The position numbers were made by a program, and so were the translations under genes. Below, piece after piece: positions 7,844 through 16,398 of a DNA stretch of 26,140 nucleotides. The stretch spans positions 1 to 26,140 of the forward strand of contig JAHFEC010000001.1 in the NCBI GenBank assembly GCA_023248665.1, read 5' to 3'. How positions within the stretch are numbered: the stretch's first letter is position 1; each line of letters begins with the position of its first letter. Below the pieces are notes generated by a model, which worked only from the letters and a program-made list of their open reading frames with translations, did not search any database and was not told the origin of the DNA. This DNA comes from Candidatus Micrarchaeota archaeon (GTDB taxonomy: Archaea > Micrarchaeota > Micrarchaeia > Anstonellales > Anstonellaceae).

Positions 7844-7915
7844 TGGACTTGGTGGGAGTCGGACCCACGACCTCCTGATTGCAAATCAGGCGCGCTACCA
7901 CTGCGCCACAAGCCC
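7844..7915 (-). tRNA. tRNA-Ala(UGC)
   Basis: GGGCTTG/CAAGTCC acceptor with G3:U70, anticodon stem CCTGA/TCAGG with loop TT-TGC-AA, discriminator A. Confidence 0.95.
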
Positions 7916-7978
7916 GCACTCAAAATCTGGCCGAATGAAACTAATAAACCATTATGGGCGCGCGGGCGGATATCAGCC

Positions 7979-9523
7979 ATGCAAGAGGCTAAAAACCCCA
8001 AACGGCCTTTTTATTTCATGGACGACGAGCATCCCAAGCCCCCGCCCACCCCGCCTCCAGAATCCGGCCCGGTGCAGCTGCCTGAAGGCGTCGTAGCCCG
8101 CCCGGATCCCCCGGCGCGGGTCATCGACTGGGACGGATTCAATTCGCGCGCCCTCGAGGCGAGAAAAGAGGTCGAGCGGATGCGCGAGCCGCTCTTGGTC
8201 AACCACTACGACTGCGACGGGCTTTCGTCCGGCGCCATCGTCTGCGCGTTCCTTGAGAAGCTCGGCAAGAAATACAAGGTCCACACCGTGCGCAAAGTGG
8301 ACGACGCCCTAATCGGCTCGCTCGCGTCCGAGAAAGAGGTCATCTTCACCGACTTGGGCGGCGGCAGCCCGAGAGTAGACGAGCTGGGCGGCCATGTGGT
8401 GGTGTTCGACCACCACCAGACCAAGGGCCTCCGGCACCTCCAGCTCAATCCCCATCTTTTCGGCATCGACGGCGGCACCGAATTGTGTGGCGCCACCACC
8501 ACCTATTGGGCCTTGCGCGCCTTGCCGGAGGCCGCCATCGTGGGCGCCATCGGCGACATGCAATACCCGCTCATCGGCGCCAACCGCCGACTGCTCGACG
8601 AGCTGTCGGCCCGGGGCATCGTCCAAGCCTCCATCGACCTGCGCTTCTACGGCCGGATGTCCCGCCCGCTCCCTCAGCTGCTCGCCTTCGCCGACGACCC
8701 GTTCCTGCCCGGCCTGGGGGGCAGCGAGGAGCGGTGCGCGCAATTTCTGGAAAACATCGGCCTTGGCAAAAAAGAGCCGAACGGCGCGCCGGCCGCTTCA
8801 TCCGGCGCGAAATCGCCCTCGCCCGCCCCGGCCGGCGCCGATCCGCGCGCCTGGCGCACCTATTCGCAGCTGGACAACGCAGAGAAAAAGAAGCTGGTGA
8901 GCGCGCTCGCGCTCTACATGGCCGAGCTCTCGGGCGGGCCGTACCGCGCCGAGAAACTGGTGGGTGAAACCTACCTGTTCCCGCGCCTCTCATCCATCCC
9001 CGAATTATACGACGCCGGCGAATTCTCCACTCTCCTCAACGCCTGCGGCCGGCACAGCAAGCCGCAGGTGGGCATCGACGTCTGCCTCGGCCGGCCGGGG
9101 GCGCTGGAGCAGGCCCGTGCGCTGCTGGCTGAGCATCGGCGGGCCCTGCGCGAAGGCGTTGATTTCGCATACAAGAATTCGCGCGATTTCGGCCCCTTCC
9201 TTTTCCTCGACGGGCGGGGCGTCATCGACGACGGCATCATCGGCGTGGTGGCCGGCATGCTCTATCCGGGCGGGCGCAAAAAGCCCATCCTCGCCATCGC
9301 CTACGAGGAGGGCGGCAAGATCAAAATCTCCACGCGCGGCACGAAAAAACTCGTCGGCGAGGGGCTGAACCTCGGGCTCGCCCTCTCGAAAACCTGCCCC
9401 CTCGTGGGCGGCGTGGGCGGCGGGCATGCCATCGCCGCCGGCGCTTCCATCCCGCCGGACAAACTGGACGAATTCCTGAAGCTGTTCCCGCAGGAGATCG
9501 AGGCGCAGCTGAAAGCGAAATAG
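7979..9523 (+). CDS. recJ: Archaeal RecJ/GAN-like DHH-DHHA1 phosphoesterase (ssDNA exonuclease)
   Basis: HYDCDG, FTDLG, FDHH, GDMQ and GGGHAIAAG motifs. ORF-track start 7826 overlaps the tRNA, so ATG 7979 (or 8018) is preferred. Confidence 0.9.
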   Translation: MQEAKNPKRPFYFMDDEHPKPPPTPPPESGPVQLPEGVVARPDPPARVIDWDGFNSRALEARKEVERMREPLLVNHYDCDGLSSGAIVCAFLEKLGKKYKVHTVRKVDDALIGSLASEKEVIFTDLGGGSPRVDELGGHVVVFDHHQTKGLRHLQLNPHLFGIDGGTELCGATTTYWALRALPEAAIVGAIGDMQYPLIGANRRLLDELSARGIVQASIDLRFYGRMSRPLPQLLAFADDPFLPGLGGSEERCAQFLENIGLGKKEPNGAPAASSGAKSPSPAPAGADPRAWRTYSQLDNAEKKKLVSALALYMAELSGGPYRAEKLVGETYLFPRLSSIPELYDAGEFSTLLNACGRHSKPQVGIDVCLGRPGALEQARALLAEHRRALREGVDFAYKNSRDFGPFLFLDGRGVIDDGIIGVVAGMLYPGGRKKPILAIAYEEGGKIKISTRGTKKLVGEGLNLGLALSKTCPLVGGVGGGHAIAAGASIPPDKLDEFLKLFPQEIEAQLKAK

Positions 9524-9715
9524 TGGGATTAAGATGACGGAGATCGAAAAAAGGAGAAACAAACAAAAAACAATCATGAAAAAGAAACAAAAACGAAACC
9601 GAAAAAAATCGCAAGATCAGCGCCCGGGCGCCTTCGGCAAGCGAGCCGGGCCGATTGTCTTTGCGGTTTTTGGGGCTTCAGAAGTAGTATAAATCCGCGC
9701 GGGCATTATCTTCCC

Positions 9716-10951
9716 ATGCTCTTTACCGAGAAGCACGGCCCGAAAAAAGTTTGTGATCTGGCTGGCAACACGACGGTTTTCTCCCGCCTGCGCCAATGGG
9801 CCATGCAGTTCACCATGGGCAAAGTGCAGAAGCCCCTCCTGCTCTGGGGCCCCCCGGGATGCGCCAAGAGCGCGGCCGCCCACGCGCTCGCCTCCGAGAT
9901 GGGCTGGCCGCTGACCCCCGTCTACCCGCCCGAGGAGGGCGAGACGGATCGATGGGAGGGGCGGATCGCCTCCCTCCTGGGCGGTTCTTCCCTGTTCGGC
10001 GACGCATCCCTCGTGCTGGCCGACGACGTGGACGGCTGGGGCAAGACCGGCGTGCGCGGCTCGCTCTCCAAATTCACCGCACTGGCCCGCTCCGCCCGCG
10101 TGCCCCTCATCATCACGGCGCACGACGCATACGACCGGAGCGTCTCCTCCTTGCGCTCGCTCTGCGAGCCGTTGCAGCTGCGCGCCATCAACGCCTCGGA
10201 CATCGAATCGGCGCTGCGCGTCATCGCCGCGAAAGAGAAATACGCCGTCTCCGACGAGGAGATGAAGAAGCTCGTCGCCAACTGCGGCGGGGACCTGCGC
10301 GCCGCGGTCAACGATTTGGAGGCGCACAATTTCGCCGCCTCGCGGGAGCGCGAGCGCGGCCAGTTCGAGATCGTGCGCGCCTGCTTCAAGTCCCCGAGCT
10401 ACGCGGCCGCCAAGAAAGTCCCGCTGGGCGGCCTGTCCGAGCGCAACATGCTCAAGCTCTACGTCGCCGAGAACATGCCGGCCGAGCTCAACGGGCCCGA
10501 AGACCTCGCCCGGGGCTTCGACTTCCTCTCTCGCGCCGACGTGTTCGACGGGCGCATCCGCGCGCGCCAGTACTGGGGCTACCTGCGCTATTCGTCGGAC
10601 CTCCTCGTGTACGGCCCTTCCTCGGCGAGGCTCAAGCCCAAGGCCTCCTTCGTCTCCTACGCCTTCCCCTCCTACATCCAGAAGATGGGCTCGTCCAAAT
10701 CGCGCCGGGCCCTCGAGGGCGCGCTGGCCTATCGCATCGCCGTGCGCACGCACACGACGACGCGGACGGCGAGGCAGTACATCCCGCTCCTCGAATCGCA
10801 GGCCAAGGCGCTCGCCAAATCCGGGCAGGACCCGATGGCGCTCTCGGCCTACTACCGTTTCGACGACGAGGATTTCGCGGGGCTTCTCGAGATATCCCCT
10901 GATTCCCTCGCAGACGGCAACGGAAAAAGCAAAGCCGCCAAGGCCCATTAA
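9716..10951 (+). CDS. rfcL: Replication factor C large subunit (divergent ATPase motifs)
   Basis: LFTEKHGPK, LLLWGPPGCAKS, GDLRAAVNDLE, LSRADVFDGRIRARQYWGYLRY; GTATAAAT about 23 nt upstream. Confidence 0.88.
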   Translation: MLFTEKHGPKKVCDLAGNTTVFSRLRQWAMQFTMGKVQKPLLLWGPPGCAKSAAAHALASEMGWPLTPVYPPEEGETDRWEGRIASLLGGSSLFGDASLVLADDVDGWGKTGVRGSLSKFTALARSARVPLIITAHDAYDRSVSSLRSLCEPLQLRAINASDIESALRVIAAKEKYAVSDEEMKKLVANCGGDLRAAVNDLEAHNFAASRERERGQFEIVRACFKSPSYAAAKKVPLGGLSERNMLKLYVAENMPAELNGPEDLARGFDFLSRADVFDGRIRARQYWGYLRYSSDLLVYGPSSARLKPKASFVSYAFPSYIQKMGSSKSRRALEGALAYRIAVRTHTTTRTARQYIPLLESQAKALAKSGQDPMALSAYYRFDDEDFAGLLEISPDSLADGNGKSKAAKAH

Positions 10952-11060
10952 CGCCGTTGAACGGCGAAACCAAGGCCAAATAACGCCGTTGAATGGCGAA
11001 ACCAAGGCCAAATAACGCCGTTGAACGGCGAAACCAAGGCCAAATAACGCCGTTGAACGG
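10949..11060. repeat. Tandem array of 3.5 copies of a 32-bp palindrome-containing unit
   Basis: TAACGCCGTTGAA(C/T)GGCGAAACCAAGGCCAAA at 10949, 10981, 11013 and partial 11045-11060. Confidence 0.97.
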
Positions 11061-11210
11061 GGAACGCGCCGAGGCCCGCCGAGGCCGTTATCGCCCTTTT
11101 CGCATCCTCCGCACGCCGGGTTCCCTCCCGGCCAGCCGTCGTTGCCGTTCCCTCCGTCTCCCCGGAGAGGCCGGTTTTCTTCGACGTGGGTTTCGACGGC
11201 GGGATAACCG

Positions 11211-11253
11211 TTATAAACCCTATCGTCATATCTTCGTCGAAGAGTAGGAGGTG
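11211..11253 (+). promoter_or_regulatory. TATA box (TTATAAA) and strong Shine-Dalgarno (AGGAGGTG)
   Basis: TTATAAA 11211-11217; AGGAGGTG 11246-11253, 6 nt before ATG 11260. Confidence 0.75.
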
Positions 11254-11259
11254 TCCTTT

Positions 11260-11475
11260 ATGGGCTCGAAGATTGGTACAGAGAAAATAAAACGCGAAGA
11301 CGGCTATCTCTACTTCATCGGTAAGGATGGCTACGTCTGGGCGGCTCCGATGAAGCACAACAAGAAGGGCAAGAAGAAGAAAGTCGGAACCGAGAAGATC
11401 TCGAAGGAATCCGGCTACATGTACTACCTCGGAAAGGACGGATACGTGTACAAAGCCAAACTCAAAAACGCCTAG
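11260..11475 (+). CDS. Small basic protein with two internal repeats, CC1-like chromatin/DNA-binding protein
   Basis: KIGTEKIKREDGYLYFIGKDGYVW and KVGTEKISKESGYMYYLGKDGYVY joined by a Lys run; resemblance to CC1 recalled, not searched. Confidence 0.7.
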   Translation: MGSKIGTEKIKREDGYLYFIGKDGYVWAAPMKHNKKGKKKKVGTEKISKESGYMYYLGKDGYVYKAKLKNA

Positions 11476-11531
11476 ATTTTTCAGAGCGAATTTCGGGGCG
11501 CCCAATTCCGCGCCCCGAATTCCATGTTTTT
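11476..11531 (+). terminator. T-tract plus GC hairpin after the small basic protein gene
   Basis: ATTTTTC right after the stop; TTCGGGGCG/CGCCCCGAA stem (11492-11519) followed by a T-rich run. Confidence 0.55.
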
Positions 11532-11657
11532 CTCCTTCATCTCATCCGCCTTTTGCCTTCCATCCCCCGTTTTTTCGATCCGTTTTCCACCCTTGCAGGT
11601 TTCCATCTTCTTTGCGCATCCAAACTCGCTTATAAAATTTCGCAGCCTGCTACTGCC

Positions 11658-12227
11658 ATGTCCGACCCCGCCCCGAGGATGGCCTTCATCGCGCTTTCCC
11701 TGCTCTCTCTGGCCGCGCTCTCCCATGCGTCCGTTGTCGACATGGGCCTCTGGCAGTTCGACTCGAACCTGAGCGATTCGCAGGCGCTCGACCTTTTGGC
11801 CAACGTCTCGTTCAAGCCGGCCCCCAGTTTCTCCCCGGACGCGTGGAACCTCGCCTCTTCCAGCCTGCAGTTCTCCGATTTCGCCGGCGACATATCTGCC
11901 GATGTAGTCCTCATGCCGGCCTGCCCCGAGGGCTCCAACTGCACGCGCGCGACCGACATCTACACCGTGTCGGCCGGCCGGATTTCGCGCGCGGGCAAGC
12001 TCTCATTCAAGCCCAACAACCTCTTCAACATCGACCACTCGTCCCTCGACGAGCAGGGCGCGGCGGACAGCGCCTACCTGCCCTCCGAGCCGCAGAATTT
12101 GAGCGCCCCGCCGCCCCAGTCCGTGCCGGACATGGCCTTCGCATTCCTCCAGCAGTGGCTGGGGCTCATCACGCTGGCCGTGGTGGTGGGGTTGACGCTC
12201 TGGCACATCTGGCACAGCCGGTATTGA
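11658..12227 (+). CDS. Secreted, C-terminally membrane-anchored hypothetical protein
   Basis: Signal-like AFIALSLLSLAALSHA, C-terminal LGLITLAVVVGLTLW; TTATAAAA about 20 nt before ATG 11658. Confidence 0.75.
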   Translation: MSDPAPRMAFIALSLLSLAALSHASVVDMGLWQFDSNLSDSQALDLLANVSFKPAPSFSPDAWNLASSSLQFSDFAGDISADVVLMPACPEGSNCTRATDIYTVSAGRISRAGKLSFKPNNLFNIDHSSLDEQGAADSAYLPSEPQNLSAPPPQSVPDMAFAFLQQWLGLITLAVVVGLTLWHIWHSRY

Positions 12228-12371
12228 GGAGAAACAGCAGAACAAGAAATTCGAAAAAAACAGAAATAAAAAATATCAAGCCGGCCCGGCTCGCGGAACG
12301 GGCGCCCGAGCGCCCGTTCATCGCGCATCTTTCTTCATCGCGCATCTTTTCATTCCATCGCATGTCTCTTT

Positions 12372-13421
12372 CTATCCCCTGTCCAGTTCCTGCGCGAGCC
12401 TGAGCAAAAGTTCGTTCGTCTTCTCGATGTCTTTTAACGCGCACACGCCCACATTGGAATGGATGTAGCGGGCCGGCACGCAGATGGCGATGGACGGGAT
12501 GCCGCCGTGCAGATTGTACACCGTGCTCGCGTCCGTGCCGCCGCCCTCCACCACCTCGAGTTGGTAAGCAATCTTGGCCTTCTTGGCCACGTCCATCACC
12601 AGATTGCGCAGGAGCCGGTCCGCCACGTTGCCGGTGCTGGCCGCCTCCACCAGCGTGATGACGGGCCCCTTGTCCAGCGCCACCCCGCTCACGTCCTCCT
12701 CCGATATCTCGGGGTGGTCGCCGGCGATGGACGTGTCCACCGCGACGAAATATCTTGGGTGGACGTTCCAGGCCGAAAGGGCGGCGCCCTTGGCGAACAC
12801 CGACACCTCCTCCTGCACCGAGCCCACCAGCACCACGTCCAGTCCCATGGCCTTCTGAGCGAGCTTGAGCAGGCAGTAGCACCCCACCCTATCGTCGAGC
12901 GCCTTGGCGCTGATTTTTCCGTTCTGCAAGGAGCGCAAAGGCATGTCGAAACCGACCGGCGTGCCGATGCGGATGCCGAGCTTCTCCACCTCTTTTCTGG
13001 ATTTGGCGCCCAAGTCGATGAACAAATCCTTGGTCTCCGGCACGCGGCTTTCCGCGCCCTTCTTCTGCAGGTGCGGCGGCTTGTGCCCGATCACGCCGTA
13101 TATTTTCCCTTTCTCCGTCTTGACGATGACGCGCTGGTTGATGAGCACCCGGTTGTCGATGCCGCCGATCTTGATGAATCGCAAAAAGCCCTTGTCGGTG
13201 ATGAACTTGACCATGAGGCCGATCTCGTCCATGTGCGCGGCGAACATCACCGGATGCGCGCCGGCTTTCGGCGAGCGGGCGATGACGTTGCCGATGCGGT
13301 CGATGCTCGTTTTGTAGCCCATCTTGGCCAGTTTCTCCTTCATCAGCTTCGCGATTTCCTCCTCTTCGGAGGGCACGCCGAACGCGTCCACCAGCTCGGC
13401 CATGAGTTTGAGATCGGTCAT
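12372..13421 (-). CDS. M42 family (TET/FrvX-like) aminopeptidase
   Basis: AAHMDEIG, KALDDRVG, VQEEV, VAVDT, PARYIHS metal-ligand motifs; SD-like GAGGGTG before ATG 13421. Confidence 0.95.
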   Translation of the reverse strand: MTDLKLMAELVDAFGVPSEEEEIAKLMKEKLAKMGYKTSIDRIGNVIARSPKAGAHPVMFAAHMDEIGLMVKFITDKGFLRFIKIGGIDNRVLINQRVIVKTEKGKIYGVIGHKPPHLQKKGAESRVPETKDLFIDLGAKSRKEVEKLGIRIGTPVGFDMPLRSLQNGKISAKALDDRVGCYCLLKLAQKAMGLDVVLVGSVQEEVSVFAKGAALSAWNVHPRYFVAVDTSIAGDHPEISEEDVSGVALDKGPVITLVEAASTGNVADRLLRNLVMDVAKKAKIAYQLEVVEGGGTDASTVYNLHGGIPSIAICVPARYIHSNVGVCALKDIEKTNELLLRLAQELDRG

Positions 13422-13521
13422 ATCCACACCCCTCGGGATGGCGTCCGGCGTCGCGCTCGGGCCATCCTCTCCCCTCTTTCGGGCTCACGATATTAAAGGC
13501 CTCGTTCCCCCAATCCTAGCT

Positions 13522-14424
13522 ATGTTGAAAGTCATGGTCCTCGGCTCCGGCGGCTCGGTGCCGTCCCCGGTGCGCAATCTGCCCGCCGTCGCGGTGCAGA
13601 TCGAGGGCGACATCGTCCTGTTCGACTGCGGCGAGGGCACCCAGCGGCAGATGATGCGCCTCGGCATGAGCTATTCCAAAGTGCAGGCCATTTTCATCAG
13701 CCACCTGCACTTGGACCATTTCCTGGGCGTGTTCGGGCTCTCGGAAACATTGCGCCTCAACGGCCGGAGCGAGCCCTTGCATGTTTTCGCCCCGCGCGGC
13801 GCCTCGGCGCTTTTCCACGCTTTCCGCAAATTCGGCATCCTGCAGGTGCACGAGTTCGACGCGGCCGACCTCTCGTCCGGCAAGCCGCTCTTCACGCTCC
13901 ACGGCCACGACGTCTTCGCCTTCGAGGTGGACCACGGTCCGAACCTCGACGCCTTCGGCTTCGTCGTGCGCGAGCGGCCGCGCCGGCGCTTCTATGAGGC
14001 CAAAGCCAAGAAAGCCGGCCTCGCCGGCCCGCTGTTCAGCCAGATCGAGAAGGAGGGCTCGCTTACCCTCAAGGGAAAGAAAATCAAGCTCGAAGACGTC
14101 ACCTATGTGCAGGCGGGCCGCTCCGTCGCCTACAGCGGGGATACGATGTATTGCAAGAATCTGGCGGGCGCGGCGCGCGGCGCGGACCTGCTCCTGCACG
14201 AATGCACGTTCGACGACTCGATGCGCGAGGCCGCGGACGAGAAATACCATTCCACGTCCTCCGACGCGGCCCGGGCGGCCAAGGAAGCCGGCGCCAAGCA
14301 TCTGGTGCTCCTGCACATGAGCGGGCGCTACGGGCAGGACGATCCGCTGCTTCTTGAGCCGGCGCGCAAGATATTCAAGAAGACCGATCTGGCCAGCGAC
14401 GGCTGGTCCATCGAGCTGAAGTGA
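13522..14424 (+). CDS. rnz: Ribonuclease Z
   Basis: VLGSGGSVP, LFDCGEGTQRQ, SHLHLDH, YSGDT, LLHECTF, HSTS, LLHMSGRY; TATTAAA about 24 nt before ATG 13522. Confidence 0.95.
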   Translation: MLKVMVLGSGGSVPSPVRNLPAVAVQIEGDIVLFDCGEGTQRQMMRLGMSYSKVQAIFISHLHLDHFLGVFGLSETLRLNGRSEPLHVFAPRGASALFHAFRKFGILQVHEFDAADLSSGKPLFTLHGHDVFAFEVDHGPNLDAFGFVVRERPRRRFYEAKAKKAGLAGPLFSQIEKEGSLTLKGKKIKLEDVTYVQAGRSVAYSGDTMYCKNLAGAARGADLLLHECTFDDSMREAADEKYHSTSSDAARAAKEAGAKHLVLLHMSGRYGQDDPLLLEPARKIFKKTDLASDGWSIELK

Positions 14425-14488
14425 GAAGAGCCCGGGGCGAACATCGCGGCCCGCCTCCAGCGTGCGATCATCTGCCCTGTGTGATTTG

Positions 14489-15412
14489 ATGGACATCCTT
14501 TCCCCATTTTCCGAGTTCATCCGCGTCAATTACCTGGTCCCGATGTGGGCGCGCGAGGGCTACAACCCCGTCAACACGCTCACCTATGCCCTCATCGCCA
14601 TCGCCTCGCTCTATCTCGTCTGGCGCTACATGGAGAAGAAAAAAATCCCCATCGACGAGGATTTCACCCTCTCCTGCATGGCCTGGGTGCTTTTCGGCTC
14701 ATCATTGCGCATTCTGACCGATGCCGTGGATGCCGGCACCATGGCCAAGGCGGCCGCGGCCGGCGGGGCGGGCCTGCAATCATGGCTCTCGTCCAGCATC
14801 TATCCCGGCATTCTCTCCTCGCACCTCTTCGACTACCCCGCCAATGGCGTGCTGGACGCGCATCTTTTCACCATCTCGCCGGGCATCTATGTCCTGACGG
14901 CCGCGCTCTTCTTTGTCTCATTCGCCCTCTCGCGCAAATTGGGCCGCCCGTATTTCTGCGCTTTCTGCGGGGGTTTCTTCGGCCTGCTCAACCTCGTCAT
15001 CCTGTTGCCGATGTTCTCGCACTGGCTCTACGCCGGCTTCGTCCTCGGCCTTGTGCTTTTGGTGGCCGCTTTCCTGTGGTTCGTTCTCAAATGGCGCTCG
15101 TTCTGGCAGGTGATGCCCGTCCTCGCGCATGCCCTCGACGGCGCCGCCACGTGGGTGGCCATCGACTGGTTCGGCCCGGCCGTGGGCATCCCGTACTTCG
15201 AGCAGCACGTGCTCTCCGGTAGCATCGGCAGCGCGACGCCGCTGGGCTTCGGCCTCTTCTTCGCGCTCAAGGTGGCCTTCGCGGCCGGCGCAGTCTACCT
15301 ACTTTCCAAGGAAAAGGACACGAAGATGGTGCGCCTGGCCCTGCTCGTCATCATGGTGATCGGCTTCGCGCCGGGCCTGCGCGACCTGCTTAGGATGCTC
15401 GCCGGTACCTGA
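14489..15412 (+). CDS. DUF63 family multi-pass membrane protein
   Basis: GYNPVNTLTYA, FGSSLRIL, SPGIY, HALDGAAT, YFEQHVL motifs; many hydrophobic helices. Confidence 0.85.
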   Translation: MDILSPFSEFIRVNYLVPMWAREGYNPVNTLTYALIAIASLYLVWRYMEKKKIPIDEDFTLSCMAWVLFGSSLRILTDAVDAGTMAKAAAAGGAGLQSWLSSSIYPGILSSHLFDYPANGVLDAHLFTISPGIYVLTAALFFVSFALSRKLGRPYFCAFCGGFFGLLNLVILLPMFSHWLYAGFVLGLVLLVAAFLWFVLKWRSFWQVMPVLAHALDGAATWVAIDWFGPAVGIPYFEQHVLSGSIGSATPLGFGLFFALKVAFAAGAVYLLSKEKDTKMVRLALLVIMVIGFAPGLRDLLRMLAGT

Positions 15413-15430
15413 TCCCTTTCATCGGCCCGG

Positions 15431-15510
15431 GTTTGCCGCTATCCGCATAGGCGCACCCCTCCATCCCATCGTTTGCCGCTATCCGCATAGGCGCACCCAT
15501 CCATCCCATC
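15431..15510. repeat. 40-bp tandem duplication
   Basis: GTTTGCCGCTATCCGCATAGGCGCACCC(C/A)TCCATCCCATC twice, 1 mismatch. Confidence 0.97.
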
Positions 15511-15601
15511 ATTTCCATCCCCCTTCTCCCGCGCCCATGCGCATGAATATTTATAAATGCCCACGCCTTATTGCACTATCAGTGTAAAGGGGCGTGAAAT
15601 C

Positions 15602-16276
15602 ATGAGTAGCATCCAATTCTTGGGCCATTCGTGTTTCAAAATCCAGCTTGACAACATCGTCTGCCTCATCGACCCCGTCATATCCAACACCATCAGCGCC
15701 AGCCCCCGCAAAATCCCCTCTGCCCTCGTGCCGACGGCCATCCGGGAATGCGACCTCATCTTCCTGACGCACGAGTTGCCGGACCACTGCGAGCCGGACA
15801 CGGTCAAGACCATCGCCGAGCGCACCTTCGCCTCGGTGGTGGCGCCCAAGCCGGCGCTGGCCAAGATTGACATCTCGGACCGCTTCAAGATTGACGTACG
15901 CACGTCGGACAAATTCACGGTCAAGGGCCTGGACATCGAAGTGATCAAGGCGGTACACCCCCAGTCGGCCTATCCGGTCGGCTACCTGATCAAGAGCCCC
16001 AAGTACAAGGTGTACCATGCCGGCAGCACCTACTCCTTCCGCGAGATGGCCACGGTCGGCGCCGACATCGCCATCCTGCCCATCGGCGGCACATACACCA
16101 TGGATCCCTTCGCGGCCGCCAACGTCTGCAAGGAGATGCGGCCCAAGTACGCCATCCCGATGCAGTACAACACCACCGAGCGCATCGCGCAGGATGCGGC
16201 CGAATTCACAAACGATCTGGGCTCGATCACCAAGCCGCTCGTATTGCAGGTCGGCCAGACCGCGAAGCTTCCCTAA
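15602..16276 (+). CDS. MBL-fold hydrolase homologue (UPF0173-like) with lost metal ligands
   Basis: FLGHSCFKI, LIDP, LPIGGTYTM; but THELPDH, HAGST and PMQY replace THxHxDH, HAGDT and PMHY. Confidence 0.85.
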   Translation: MSSIQFLGHSCFKIQLDNIVCLIDPVISNTISASPRKIPSALVPTAIRECDLIFLTHELPDHCEPDTVKTIAERTFASVVAPKPALAKIDISDRFKIDVRTSDKFTVKGLDIEVIKAVHPQSAYPVGYLIKSPKYKVYHAGSTYSFREMATVGADIAILPIGGTYTMDPFAAANVCKEMRPKYAIPMQYNTTERIAQDAAEFTNDLGSITKPLVLQVGQTAKLP

Positions 16277-16398
16277 GCGAATAAGACGCTCGCCCACTCC
16301 GCCTAAGTTGCCCGGATCCGCCATTTGCCTTAAAAGTTTGTTCCCCTCTATCTTACCTATTGAAGTCCTAGCGACTTTGAACATCCGAGGTGTTTTGA

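Noticed and set aside
7876-7882. tRNA-Cys(GCA) reading of the minus-strand tRNA
   Set aside because: The 5-bp stem puts TGC at 34-36 and G3:U70 marks alanine.
5935-7915. Integrated element bounded by the tRNAs
   Set aside because: No integrase and no duplicated tRNA 3' end seen in the window.
9617-11011. 464-aa minus-strand ORF and overlapping Arg-rich ORFs
   Set aside because: Shadows of rfcL; their N-termini are just the translated repeat.
10949-11060. CRISPR array
   Set aside because: Units are directly adjacent with no unique spacers and there are no cas genes; it is a simple tandem repeat.
11061-11200. Detached RFC-L tail with a PIP box after the repeat
   Set aside because: Only a weak QPSLPF in a different frame; not a credible PIP box.
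12459-14529. ORFs 12459-13496 (+) and 13516-14529 (-)
   Set aside because: Antisense to the M42 peptidase and RNase Z genes, which have clear motifs.
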